Origin: Candidatus Heimdallarchaeota archaeon
GTDB lineage: Archaea; Asgardarchaeota; Heimdallarchaeia; Heimdallarchaeales; Heimdallarchaeaceae
Direction: 5' to 3'
Length of the DNA: 64,000 bases
Assembly: GCA_030668875.1 (NCBI GenBank)
Contig: DAOVER010000005.1
Location: 26,597-90,596, forward strand
The notes beneath the pieces are model-generated. The model was not told the DNA's origin and did no database searches. It worked only from the letters and a program-made list of their open reading frames with translations. Position numbers and translations under genes: made by a program. Shown here in pieces: positions 49,080 to 57,711 of the stretch; position 1 is the stretch's first letter, and each line of letters starts with the position of its first letter.

Positions 49080-49544
49080 TTATAATTCAGGAAGTCTCTT
49101 CTTAGAGAGACCGTGTTCGGCTATATAATTTCGGAGATATCTCACAGAACGGAATAAACCACCTTTTGACTGTAAATACAGTTTTCGGTAGGTTGTAGTA
49201 TCAATGTATCCTTCGTCCCTTAATTTCTTCAAGAACTTTCTCTGGGCACGGATTTTCCCAATCCATCTATCTTTCTTTGAAAGTCTGGAATATTTTGGAC
49301 CTTTACGGCTACCAGTACCAATTCTTTGACCTCTCCTTTTCTTTGCTGCTACAGCTCGAGCTCGTCCTCTACTAACACCTTGAATTTTCCTTTTCCTAAT
49401 ATCGCCATCATCAATATGACGTTTTACATCTTCTCTAGTAATAGCTAGAGAAAGATCGTATAGGCTATCAGGATCAATTTTAACTCTATTGGATCCAACT
49501 TTGAGGATTTTTGCTGCTAATCTTCTTTGTGTTTTAACGTCCAT
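49080..49544 (-). CDS. rpl19e: 50S ribosomal protein L19e (eL19)
   Basis: QRRLAAKILKVG N-terminus. Confidence 0.85.
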   Translation of the reverse strand: MDVKTQRRLAAKILKVGSNRVKIDPDSLYDLSLAITREDVKRHIDDGDIRKRKIQGVSRGRARAVAAKKRRGQRIGTGSRKGPKYSRLSKKDRWIGKIRAQRKFLKKLRDEGYIDTTTYRKLYLQSKGGLFRSVRYLRNYIAEHGLSKKRLPEL

Positions 49545-49559
49545 AATTCTAACCTCACA

Positions 49560-50105
49560 TTAATTTTCTGCTTTGTCAGAATCTGCTAATTCATCGAGAT
49601 CAAGATCCTCATCTAATTCGAAATCGTCTTCGAAATCGTCACCAATATCATCTTCAAGTAATTCGTATTCTTCCTCAAGCGATGTTGCGTCAAGCATATC
49701 ACCAATTTCATCTATAGTTGCAGGTGGGTTCAAAACCTTAAGTCCCAAATCAGCTGCATTGTCTAGAATCATTTGCCTCTTACGAGCACCAACGGTGTGC
49801 TTAATCATAACTGCTTCAGTTTCTTTATCTATTTCTTCAAGTTCATAGATATTAGCAACATGAACTACTTGATAACCCGAAGGATGCAGACCTCTGACAG
49901 CTTTTGGTCCCCGGTATCCTATGCTGACCATAGCAGGATAACCTTTGCGTTTTTCTTTCATTTTATTATCAATACCCTTAGGTTTACGCCAGCTTTTTTT
50001 TACTCTCTTGTAACGCCAGCTTTCTTGCCTAACAAAGTTAGGTCTACGAGCACTGATTTCTTTACGCTTTTTTAGTAAACGTTTCTTATCGACTGTCATA
50101 GGCAC
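49560..50105 (-). CDS. rpl32e: 50S ribosomal protein L32e (eL32) with ~50-aa acidic C-terminal tail
   Basis: RRPNFVRQESWRYKRV...GYR core. Confidence 0.8.
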   Translation of the reverse strand: MPMTVDKKRLLKKRKEISARRPNFVRQESWRYKRVKKSWRKPKGIDNKMKEKRKGYPAMVSIGYRGPKAVRGLHPSGYQVVHVANIYELEEIDKETEAVMIKHTVGARKRQMILDNAADLGLKVLNPPATIDEIGDMLDATSLEEEYELLEDDIGDDFEDDFELDEDLDLDELADSDKAEN

Positions 50106-50271
50106 TCACAGTAGAATGTTACCTTATTTTGGTTAACCTATCATCTGGCTGTAGTTTTTAATACTTTTTATTGGTAAGAAAAAATGAAGTGAAAAGTTAT
50201 ACTAAACACAAATTTGGGGAAAAAATTAAAAAATTTGCAAAGGTTTAAAATGTTTTAAGAGGAAATCAATA

Positions 50272-51651
50272 ATGGAATCGAAGAAATTGGACTTATTTGA
50301 TTCAATGTCTTCAAGAGTAAGTATCCCATTTAATCTTAAGGTAATTTATACTTCTTTGTTTGCTATTCTTTATCTCATATTTCTAAATATACCCATTTTC
50401 GGCGTGCCTAGTTCAGGAGGAACTGATCCTTTTTTTGCTTTCAGAGTCATTATGGCATCTCAGAGAGGAAGTTTGGCAGAGTTTGGTATTTTTCCGCTTG
50501 TATACGCATCTTTCATTATGCATGTATTGGTGGGGTTAGGAATTTACAAAATGGATTTCACACAAGCAGAGAAGAGAAAGAAGTTTTCGATTATAGTTAC
50601 TATTCTGGGGTTGTTTTTCTCTCTCACATCATCTTTATGTTATGTAATTTTTGGTGCTTATGGAGAGATAAGTGTTGATCAAGGTTTTATAATCATTCCT
50701 CAATTATTGCTTGCTAGTACTCTTATAATAATAATTGACTATTTCATGAGAAAAGGGTACGGATTGAGCTCTGGTGTAAGCTTGTTTATAGTAGTCAGTG
50801 TTTCACGAACTATCTTTGATGGTATGTTCAGTTTAAGTCAATTAAGAGTTGGAGGTTTTGATTGGTACAGAGGTTGTATTCTCGCATTCATTCAAGGTAT
50901 CTTTAAAGAAGACCCAGATATACTGACACCACTCATCAGACCGGGTTTAACACCTGATTTTCTGGGATTCATTTTAGCAATTATAGTGTTTGGAATGACG
51001 ATATTCTTTGTATCCTTTACCATAAAGAGACCATTCTATCAGAGAGATCAAATTACAAAATCATCGATGACAGCTCAATCATTATACAACTATTCTAATT
51101 CCGTAGTAATAACCAGTTCATTTTTTGCAAATATTTCCTTCGTTTCAAATATGATGTTTAATACATGGAGCTCATTTTCAACGGGATTTAGAAGTTTGTT
51201 GGTTAGTTTCTTCGGTAGATGGGAGACGATAGAAGGCACGAATCAGCTAGCTCCAGTTTCGGGGCTAGCGGCTTTTACAACCCCTCCATATGGGGTTGAA
51301 CAAATTACACAACATCCGTGGAATACTTCGGTGTATTTTCTATTTATGATTGTATATAGTATCCTTATGTCTAGATTATTAGTAAAAACATCAGGAAAGG
51401 AAAATGTAAGTATTCTAAAAGGAACAGACATATTTAATCAAGAAAAATATGAAGTCACTAATTTCCCTTTAGCATTATTAGCTGGTTTTTTCATGGGGTT
51501 TTTAGCAGGGTTTTTTAACATCATTTCTCCATTGGGAACAGGAGTAGGTATTCTAATAACAACGTGCATACTGAAACAACTCTTGGACATCATTTCCCAT
51601 GAAAAATCCAAATGGAATGAATCAAGAAAAAATACGGAAATTAATAAATAA
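50272..51651 (+). CDS. divergent SecY paralog (SecY2-like), antisense to the flanking r-protein genes
   Basis: NIPIFGVPSSGGTDPFFAFRVIMASQRGSLAEFGI aligns with canonical SecY, but the plug/TM2 region is divergent (FPLVYASFIMHVLVG). 459 aa. Confidence 0.75.
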   Translation: MESKKLDLFDSMSSRVSIPFNLKVIYTSLFAILYLIFLNIPIFGVPSSGGTDPFFAFRVIMASQRGSLAEFGIFPLVYASFIMHVLVGLGIYKMDFTQAEKRKKFSIIVTILGLFFSLTSSLCYVIFGAYGEISVDQGFIIIPQLLLASTLIIIIDYFMRKGYGLSSGVSLFIVVSVSRTIFDGMFSLSQLRVGGFDWYRGCILAFIQGIFKEDPDILTPLIRPGLTPDFLGFILAIIVFGMTIFFVSFTIKRPFYQRDQITKSSMTAQSLYNYSNSVVITSSFFANISFVSNMMFNTWSSFSTGFRSLLVSFFGRWETIEGTNQLAPVSGLAAFTTPPYGVEQITQHPWNTSVYFLFMIVYSILMSRLLVKTSGKENVSILKGTDIFNQEKYEVTNFPLALLAGFFMGFLAGFFNIISPLGTGVGILITTCILKQLLDIISHEKSKWNESRKNTEINK

Positions 51652-51697
51652 AAAATCAAGAAACATTAAGAAAAATAAAAAAAGAAGAATTGGAAAC

Positions 51698-52258
51698 TTA
51701 TTCGCTTGCCCACTTCCAGATTCCATCCATAAATGTTTCAGGATCTTTCTTTCTCTTACCCCTTAATCTACAGATTTCTTTCATGTTGGTAGTGGTTTGT
51801 CCTACAGCTTCTTTATCGATACCTTCTATGATAACATCATCTTTGTCAACCTTAACAGTTGTATCATCTCCTACAATAGGAACAATCAAAGGTTTTCTTC
51901 CTCCATAGAGGTTCTTGATTGTTATTAGACGTTTCTTGTTATCAGGTTCAACTGTAATTGGAAAATGGCTGAAGATTATTTTTGATCTATAGACATAACC
52001 TTCTGTTACACCTATCATCATGTTTTTGAGATGACCTACAACGGCAAGCATTTTTGCCTTTTTCTTTTTGTCAACGAAATAGGATTTGACATTGATTTTA
52101 TCTTTTGACTTCTTTAGTTCTACCTTGAAACCCTCGAAGTTTTTGATAAGTTTACCTCTTTTACCTTCCATGGTAACTATAGTTCCGTCAATAGTTATCT
52201 TCAAATCCTCAAGTAATTCAACATCTCGTTCAATATATACTTGTTTCATTATCATCAC
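51698..52258 (-). CDS. rpl6: 50S ribosomal protein L6 (uL6)
   Basis: Two-domain L6 pattern, synteny. Confidence 0.85.
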   Translation of the reverse strand: MMIMKQVYIERDVELLEDLKITIDGTIVTMEGKRGKLIKNFEGFKVELKKSKDKINVKSYFVDKKKKAKMLAVVGHLKNMMIGVTEGYVYRSKIIFSHFPITVEPDNKKRLITIKNLYGGRKPLIVPIVGDDTTVKVDKDDVIIEGIDKEAVGQTTTNMKEICRLRGKRKKDPETFMDGIWKWASE

Positions 52259-52648
52259 CTAATATATGTAAGCTAATAGCCTTCCACCTATTCCACGTTC
52301 TTTTGCATCCTCGTGGGTTATTACACCTTCAGATGTTGTCATTACAAGGATACCAAAACCTCTTGCAGGTAGGTACTTTCTTTCTTCATCTTCTAGTTTA
52401 TCATGTTTAACTGGAAATCGAGGTTTGATAACACCACATTTGTTAATCCTGCCCATCAATTGTATTTCGAACATTCCTCCACGATGATCTTCTATATATT
52501 CAAGTTCACCGAGATATCCTGCTCTTTGAACAGTTCTGAAAACGTTCGCAATTATTTTACTAGCGGGTTTAACAGTGACGGTTTTCTTACCTTTTTTTTC
52601 AGCGTTAAGTATTGCAACTAAAGCGTCTGCTAATGGATCCATTTGCAT
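52259..52648 (-). CDS. rps8: 30S ribosomal protein S8 (uS8)
   Basis: DPLADAL..I.NAE N-terminus. Confidence 0.9.
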   Translation of the reverse strand: MQMDPLADALVAILNAEKKGKKTVTVKPASKIIANVFRTVQRAGYLGELEYIEDHRGGMFEIQLMGRINKCGVIKPRFPVKHDKLEDEERKYLPARGFGILVMTTSEGVITHEDAKERGIGGRLLAYIY

Positions 52649-52662
52649 TTTTCTTTACCTCC

Positions 52663-52830
52663 TTAGCCTCCTCGACTTCCTGTTTTCTTGAAGCCGATTT
52701 TGGAATATATTTCTCTAATACAGCGTCTGCAAACATACAAACCACCACGTCTAATGATTGCCTGATGTGTTCCACAGCGTCTGCATTTTCTTGAGCCTTT
52801 TCCATATTTAATTTCTCTTCGTTCTTGCAT
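52663..52830 (-). CDS. rps14: 30S ribosomal protein S14 type Z (uS14), 55 aa; missed by the ORF track (below cutoff)
   Basis: Translated by hand: MQERREIKYGKGSRKCRRCGTHQAIIRRGGLYVCRRCIREIYSKIGFKKTGSRGG. CxxC...CxxC zinc ribbon. Sits between L5 and S8 as expected. Confidence 0.8.
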   Translation of the reverse strand: MQERREIKYGKGSRKCRRCGTHQAIIRRGGLYVCRRCIREIYSKIGFKKTGSRGG

Positions 52831-52839
52831 ATCCGTCAC

Positions 52840-53406
52840 CTAAATTATTTGTACCTCAAACTCTGTTCTAACAAATTCCATAGTTTCAGATGGGGTTAGT
52901 AAGTGCTTCTTTGGTATTTTCTTTCGTTTGTGTTGCCTGTACTTTAACCTATAACCTGGTCTTTCTAACTTAACAACGACATTGAAACCGATTGTTCCTA
53001 GCATTGGATCAAAAGGAGCATTTTCAATATCAACGTGCTCAGTTATACCAAAAGCAAAATTGCCTTGTTGGTCAAAGGAAGATTCCTTCACTTGATAATC
53101 ATGAGCATAAAGAAGACGCTTCAACATTATCTTGGCTTCTTCTCCACGTAATGTTACTAAAGCTGCGATAGACTCTCCTTCTCTTATACCAAAACCTCTT
53201 TCAGATCTTTTAGCTACACGTTCAACTGGTTCGCATTTGGTAATTTGACGAAGAATCTCTTTTGTTCTTTCAAATCTAGGACCTGATTCACCAACACAAC
53301 TATTGATGATTAAAGCCTTCAATCGAGGTTTTCGCATTGGATTCTTTTTCCATTCATCAGCAAATTGCAAAGGAATTGGTTCTTGCTCGATTACTTCGTC
53401 ACTCAT
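52840..53406 (-). CDS. rpl5: 50S ribosomal protein L5 (uL5)
   Basis: Family pattern, synteny. Confidence 0.9.
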   Translation of the reverse strand: MSDEVIEQEPIPLQFADEWKKNPMRKPRLKALIINSCVGESGPRFERTKEILRQITKCEPVERVAKRSERGFGIREGESIAALVTLRGEEAKIMLKRLLYAHDYQVKESSFDQQGNFAFGITEHVDIENAPFDPMLGTIGFNVVVKLERPGYRLKYRQHKRKKIPKKHLLTPSETMEFVRTEFEVQII

Positions 53407-54161
53407 TTCTTATCACCTTCGTTACCAGCAATTGTTACACTTGGAGTATCATTGCCCACAATGAAAATATATCTGAACAGTGTAACGAAAATCTCACCAT
53501 CAGGTGTCTTTATGGTCGCTGTTTTAGTTTTTTGTGTTCCATGAGAACTGATTTCTTCAATAGTTCCATGCTTACCCATCCACCTTCCACTAGTTACAAT
53601 ACCATAATTACCTATTTTCAATTCGTATTTTTCTAAAATCTTTTGATCTGGTAAAGATATCTTAACTGTGTCATGTGTATGGTAAGGAACACTATCGCTT
53701 TCAGATTTCTGTAAGATGATGTTTCTACCATCATGGAGATTTAGTTGTGTTAGACCTCCTTTGAGTGTAGTCTTATTCTTAATTTGGCAGAGTTTAACTT
53801 TTGTTTCATCTTCCTTAATTGGAATTGTCCTTAGACCTTTCTTCGGAGTATATACTAATCTATAATGTTCTTTTATTTTTGGGAAGGAAATAACATCCAT
53901 GAAACCTAGTGGGTATTTTCTGTTTGTTTTTATTTTTCCATCTATGAGAACATTTCTTTCAACCAATATACGTTTAACTTCACTCATGTTTCGAGCTACT
54001 CGGAACATATCACGGAGCATAATGGCCATTGGAATACATTCATGTGCAGCATGAGGACCAGGAGAGGGTTTAACCGTATAAGTATTAGCTTTCTTTTCAA
54101 TAGGTATATGTTTTGAAACAACGAATCTCTTCAGATGTCGTTTTCCACCGCCTTTTGTCAT
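53403..54161 (-). CDS. rps4e: 30S ribosomal protein S4e (eS4)
   Basis: GGKRHLKR N-terminus, KOW region. Confidence 0.9.
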   Translation of the reverse strand: MTKGGGKRHLKRFVVSKHIPIEKKANTYTVKPSPGPHAAHECIPMAIMLRDMFRVARNMSEVKRILVERNVLIDGKIKTNRKYPLGFMDVISFPKIKEHYRLVYTPKKGLRTIPIKEDETKVKLCQIKNKTTLKGGLTQLNLHDGRNIILQKSESDSVPYHTHDTVKISLPDQKILEKYELKIGNYGIVTSGRWMGKHGTIEEISSHGTQKTKTATIKTPDGEIFVTLFRYIFIVGNDTPSVTIAGNEGDKK

Positions 54162-54934
54162 ACTAATTCCTCCTTTTTATCTGTTTTCTCAGAAAGCAAA
54201 TCTTCTGCGTTAGCACTCATAGTTTTTGCTGTACCAGGACCAATACCAGGTACTTTTGAAAGCTCTTCTGAGGTTGCTTTGGCAATCTTATCAACAGTAT
54301 CAAAACCATTTTCTTTGAGAAGCATTGCGGTTTTAGCACCTATGCCCTTAATCATAGATATGTCAAGGTCAGAAACTTTGGTCTCCTCCTTGGGAGCTGC
54401 TTCTACAACATCTTTAGGAGCATCAGTTTCGTCAAGATCTTCGAATTCTTCAAAAATATCCTCTTCAAGATCTTCATCTTCTTCTTCGACATCAGATTCT
54501 TCTAAAGGCTCATCGAATTCATCAAATAGATCTTCAGTTAATTCTTCTTCAGTAAGTTCTTTTCTAGAACGTCTCTTAATGATCTCCCTTCTCTTTTTAT
54601 CACGTAAATTCAGAGAAGTAATTATGATGTTGCTTGGATGAACAGGAAAACTAGAGACTGTACCATCAGCTTTTTCCTTACTATATCCTTCGATATGAAC
54701 TGAATATTTCTGAGGTAAAACACGGATTACTTTACCTTTAATCTCTTGGTCTTCAGATTTAGCTCTGAAAACCAGTACTTTGTCATCTTTATGTACAGGA
54801 AGACGTCGAATACCATATTTATTTCTCAATTCACGTGAGAGAAGAGCAGTCATTTGACGATTGCGAAGATGTAAAGGAGCAGTATAATACCTCTTACGTT
54901 GTTTACGAGGTTGTTTTGTTTTTGTATATCTCAT
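54158..54934 (-). CDS. rpl24: 50S ribosomal protein L24 (uL24) with acidic linker and C-terminal helix-hairpin-helix module
   Basis: KOW DDKVLV..GK..G.V core, then D/E-rich stretch, then IKGIGAKTAMLLKENGFDTV...VPGIGPGTA. Confidence 0.85.
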   Translation of the reverse strand: MRYTKTKQPRKQRKRYYTAPLHLRNRQMTALLSRELRNKYGIRRLPVHKDDKVLVFRAKSEDQEIKGKVIRVLPQKYSVHIEGYSKEKADGTVSSFPVHPSNIIITSLNLRDKKRREIIKRRSRKELTEEELTEDLFDEFDEPLEESDVEEEDEDLEEDIFEEFEDLDETDAPKDVVEAAPKEETKVSDLDISMIKGIGAKTAMLLKENGFDTVDKIAKATSEELSKVPGIGPGTAKTMSANAEDLLSEKTDKKEELV

Positions 54935-54945
54935 TTATATTTCAC

Positions 54946-55362
54946 CTATACTATTATTGAAGCTTGATGTGCAATCTTTGGCCACTTTTCGGCTGCCTCT
55001 TTAGCAATTGGTCCTCGAATTTCGCTTCCGAGAGGATCTCCTACTTCGTTGGTAAGAACAACAGCATTCTCTTCAAATTGTATCCAATCACCAGATCGTC
55101 TACGGTATGGAGAACGTTGTCGAACAACTACTGCTGGAAAAATTTGTTTTCTCCTTTGTGGAGTGCCTTGTTTAACAGAAACGACAACCATGTCAGAAAC
55201 AGAGGCTTTTGGTACTCTGTTTAGTCTTCCTCTATAATTCTTTACGGCAATTATTTGAACTATTCTAGCACCAGAATTATCTGCGCTACGAAGTCTTGTC
55301 CCTACAATTAAGCCCTTTGTAATATGAACTTGTGTTCGTCCTACGGATTTTCTTTTTGCCAT
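54946..55362 (-). CDS. rpl14: 50S ribosomal protein L14 (uL14)
   Basis: ADNSGAR...V pattern. Confidence 0.9.
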   Translation of the reverse strand: MAKRKSVGRTQVHITKGLIVGTRLRSADNSGARIVQIIAVKNYRGRLNRVPKASVSDMVVVSVKQGTPQRRKQIFPAVVVRQRSPYRRRSGDWIQFEENAVVLTNEVGDPLGSEIRGPIAKEAAEKWPKIAHQASIIV

Positions 55363-55371
55363 GATACCACC

Positions 55372-55740
55372 CTAATTTAGTTTTTGAACCACAACAAAAC
55401 TTACTGTTTTTGCAAGTGGTCTGCATTCTGCTGCTAAAACCATATCGCCTTCTTTGACATTAAGGCAAGGGGGGTTGTGTGCAGAAATCTTTCCGTGAGC
55501 ACGTTCATATCTACGAAACTTTTTCACATACTTCAAGAAATCTCTTCTAATTACCACGGTACGTCTCATTTTATCGGAAATAACTTTTCCAGTAAAAATA
55601 CGACCCCTTGTTGGAAGTTGACCATGAAACGGACATCTTGGGTCATCGCACTCAGTAGCGGGAGGTTCGACTCCTTGAATACCTACATTACGTACTTTAC
55701 TCATTTGTTCTTTCACCTCGGTAATGCGTCTTGCACCCAT
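55372..55740 (-). CDS. rps17: 30S ribosomal protein S17 (uS17)
   Basis: CPFHG...GRIFTG.V.S.KM..T.V. Confidence 0.9.
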   Translation of the reverse strand: MGARRITEVKEQMSKVRNVGIQGVEPPATECDDPRCPFHGQLPTRGRIFTGKVISDKMRRTVVIRRDFLKYVKKFRRYERAHGKISAHNPPCLNVKEGDMVLAAECRPLAKTVSFVVVQKLN

Positions 55741-55958
55741 GTTTCCCCATCGTTTAGAAAGGATAGAGGAACAATCTTGGCTCCTTAATCAAGGAGTAAG
55801 ACGTCAATCACCTATAACTGATTCACAGTTATTTTTGTGATATTAGCAATCCTTTCCCCGTTATAATCTTTTTAATACTTTTCATTGTTAAGAGAAAAAT
55901 ATCGCAAGCGAGAAAAAGGGAAATTGTGGAAATGAAGTATCCTAAAGTATTGGTTAGG

Positions 55959-56714
55959 TTAACCAAAAAAGGTAACCATACCCGCTTGAATAAGGAGAAA
56001 TGTAACTAGATAAAGCAGTGCAAGGAAACAAATGTAACCGATAATAACAAGAGGATATCGAACCCAATATCTTATTTTTTTATAATCTTCAACTTTCCTA
56101 TGGGTACTAAACAACTTTGGAAAAAACATTCCGGTATTTAGACGATATTCAACATAATCATCACCAAGTTTCTTTATTAGTTTCCATTCTTCATAGTCTG
56201 ACCAAAAAAATAAGATAATACTAAAAACAGACCAAGAGAGTATGTCGCCAAACCTGATGCCAAGATCAGTTGACCAAGGAACAAAGAGCGAAAGAGACAA
56301 GGAAATGAGAATTAGACCGAGATGTTGGGGGTGACGGATTAATCGATAAGGTCCTTTTTTAACAAGACTCTCTTTTTTAAGGATAGAATTTGCTAAAGAA
56401 ACAATACCATAAACAATGAGAACAAGACCAATTAGAAAAAGTAAGAATTCAAAAACGATTAACACGATGACCCCAGGAGTGTATTCAGTACCCTGTAAAA
56501 CAATCCATGACCAACCCCAGTTTTCGGTATTAAAGAAGAAAACGACTTTCCAAGAAAGTAGAGCAAATGGATAAAGAAAGAACATAGGAGCAAGTATAAT
56601 GATGATGGTACGAAAATAGGACCAAACTATTGTTAACATATACAAAAATCTAGTTATGATATCACTGACTTGCTTCTTAATTGGTTCTGCCATGATGTGA
56701 TTCAATGATATCAC
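55959..56714 (-). CDS. isoprenylcysteine carboxyl methyltransferase (ICMT)/phospholipid-MTase-family membrane protein
   Basis: GPYRLIRHPQHLG motif, multiple TM helices. Confidence 0.55.
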   Translation of the reverse strand: MISLNHIMAEPIKKQVSDIITRFLYMLTIVWSYFRTIIIILAPMFFLYPFALLSWKVVFFFNTENWGWSWIVLQGTEYTPGVIVLIVFEFLLFLIGLVLIVYGIVSLANSILKKESLVKKGPYRLIRHPQHLGLILISLSLSLFVPWSTDLGIRFGDILSWSVFSIILFFWSDYEEWKLIKKLGDDYVEYRLNTGMFFPKLFSTHRKVEDYKKIRYWVRYPLVIIGYICFLALLYLVTFLLIQAGMVTFFG

Positions 56715-56870
56715 ATATTTATATTATTTTATAATAACTATAGTATCTATAAAGTGGCGTAAATAACACCTTGTATGATAGCTGCAATATACAGATGAGG
56801 AGAGTGCCTGAAAAGAGAAGCGTAAGAAAAAACTTTTAAAATAAAGATGCAACGGAACAAATGCTAATAA

Positions 56871-56979
56871 GGGCCATTAGCTCAGTTTGGTTAGAGCGTT
56901 CGGCTGATAGTTTAACCGCTAGAGAGCGTGTAATTTCGAAACCGAAAGGTCCGTGGTTCGAATCCGCGATGGCCCACCA
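56871..56979 (+). tRNA. tRNA-Ile (anticodon GAU) with 31-nt intron at canonical 37/38 position (56910-56940); CCA encoded
   Basis: Folded by hand: acceptor GGGCCAT/ATGGCCC, D-arm GCTC/GAGC, anticodon stem TTCGG/CCGAA, loop CTGATA[intron]A, T-arm CGTGG-TTCGAAT-CCGCG. Confidence 0.8.
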
Positions 56980-57097
56980 TTCTTCTACTTTTAAGATTTA
57001 TCACCACGAGATAGGATATTCAAACTGCTAGCGCGCAGAAGATTTTTATTCCCAAGAGGCATATTATCTATGAATAGATTATTAGTGAGGGAAATTA

Positions 57098-57661
57098 ATG
57101 AAAAAACCACTTTCCTTTGAAGAATTTGAAAAAACCAAAAGTAAAGATATGGCCAACGAATACAATAGATATAGTTGGGTTATCAATAAAGAAGAGGAAT
57201 ATTCTATCAGAGAGATATCAACTCACACAATAACTATGAATCTTTATCATCAAGCTTCTTTGTGCTATATCGAAGGCCTATATCTATCATGTATTTTATC
57301 TATAGGGGCAACCATTGACCAATTTATTAGGCAATTAGTTGACCCGACATACAAACAAAGAAACTGGATAGAAAAAAGTAATCTAGATAATGCTGTAGAA
57401 CAGAAATTTATTGCTCAAGAGCATGAAAAGGAAATTCATGAATTTAAATACTCTATAAGAGATCCTGTTGCACATCCTAAAGTTCCTGTATTTGGAATGC
57501 TAGGTTTACCTTATGACAAGAAAAAAGGTTACTGGGGAGGTGAACATGTTAAACCAGTTTTAACAGGACCTAAACCAAGTGCCGAAAGAGGACTTGAGCT
57601 ATTTTGGAAAGTAGTAAATTATTATTTTTACATATACAAAAAAGGAGCACCATCACAATAG
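57098..57661 (+). CDS. hypothetical protein
   Basis: 187-aa ORF downstream of tRNA-Ile. Confidence 0.3.
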   Translation: MKKPLSFEEFEKTKSKDMANEYNRYSWVINKEEEYSIREISTHTITMNLYHQASLCYIEGLYLSCILSIGATIDQFIRQLVDPTYKQRNWIEKSNLDNAVEQKFIAQEHEKEIHEFKYSIRDPVAHPKVPVFGMLGLPYDKKKGYWGGEHVKPVLTGPKPSAERGLELFWKVVNYYFYIYKKGAPSQ

Positions 57662-57711
57662 TATATGTAAAATATCTAGAACTAGGAAAATAATTTGATT
57701 GAGAGAATATA

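Noticed and set aside
49573-50075. Two plus-strand ORFs (91 and 100 aa)
   Set aside because: Antisense of L32e and its acidic tail.
52605-52805. 66-aa ORF from the track
   Set aside because: Wrong frame. The real gene here is the 55-aa S14 at 52663-52830.
54135-54641. 168-aa Ser-rich ORF on the plus strand
   Set aside because: Antisense of the acidic linker of L24.
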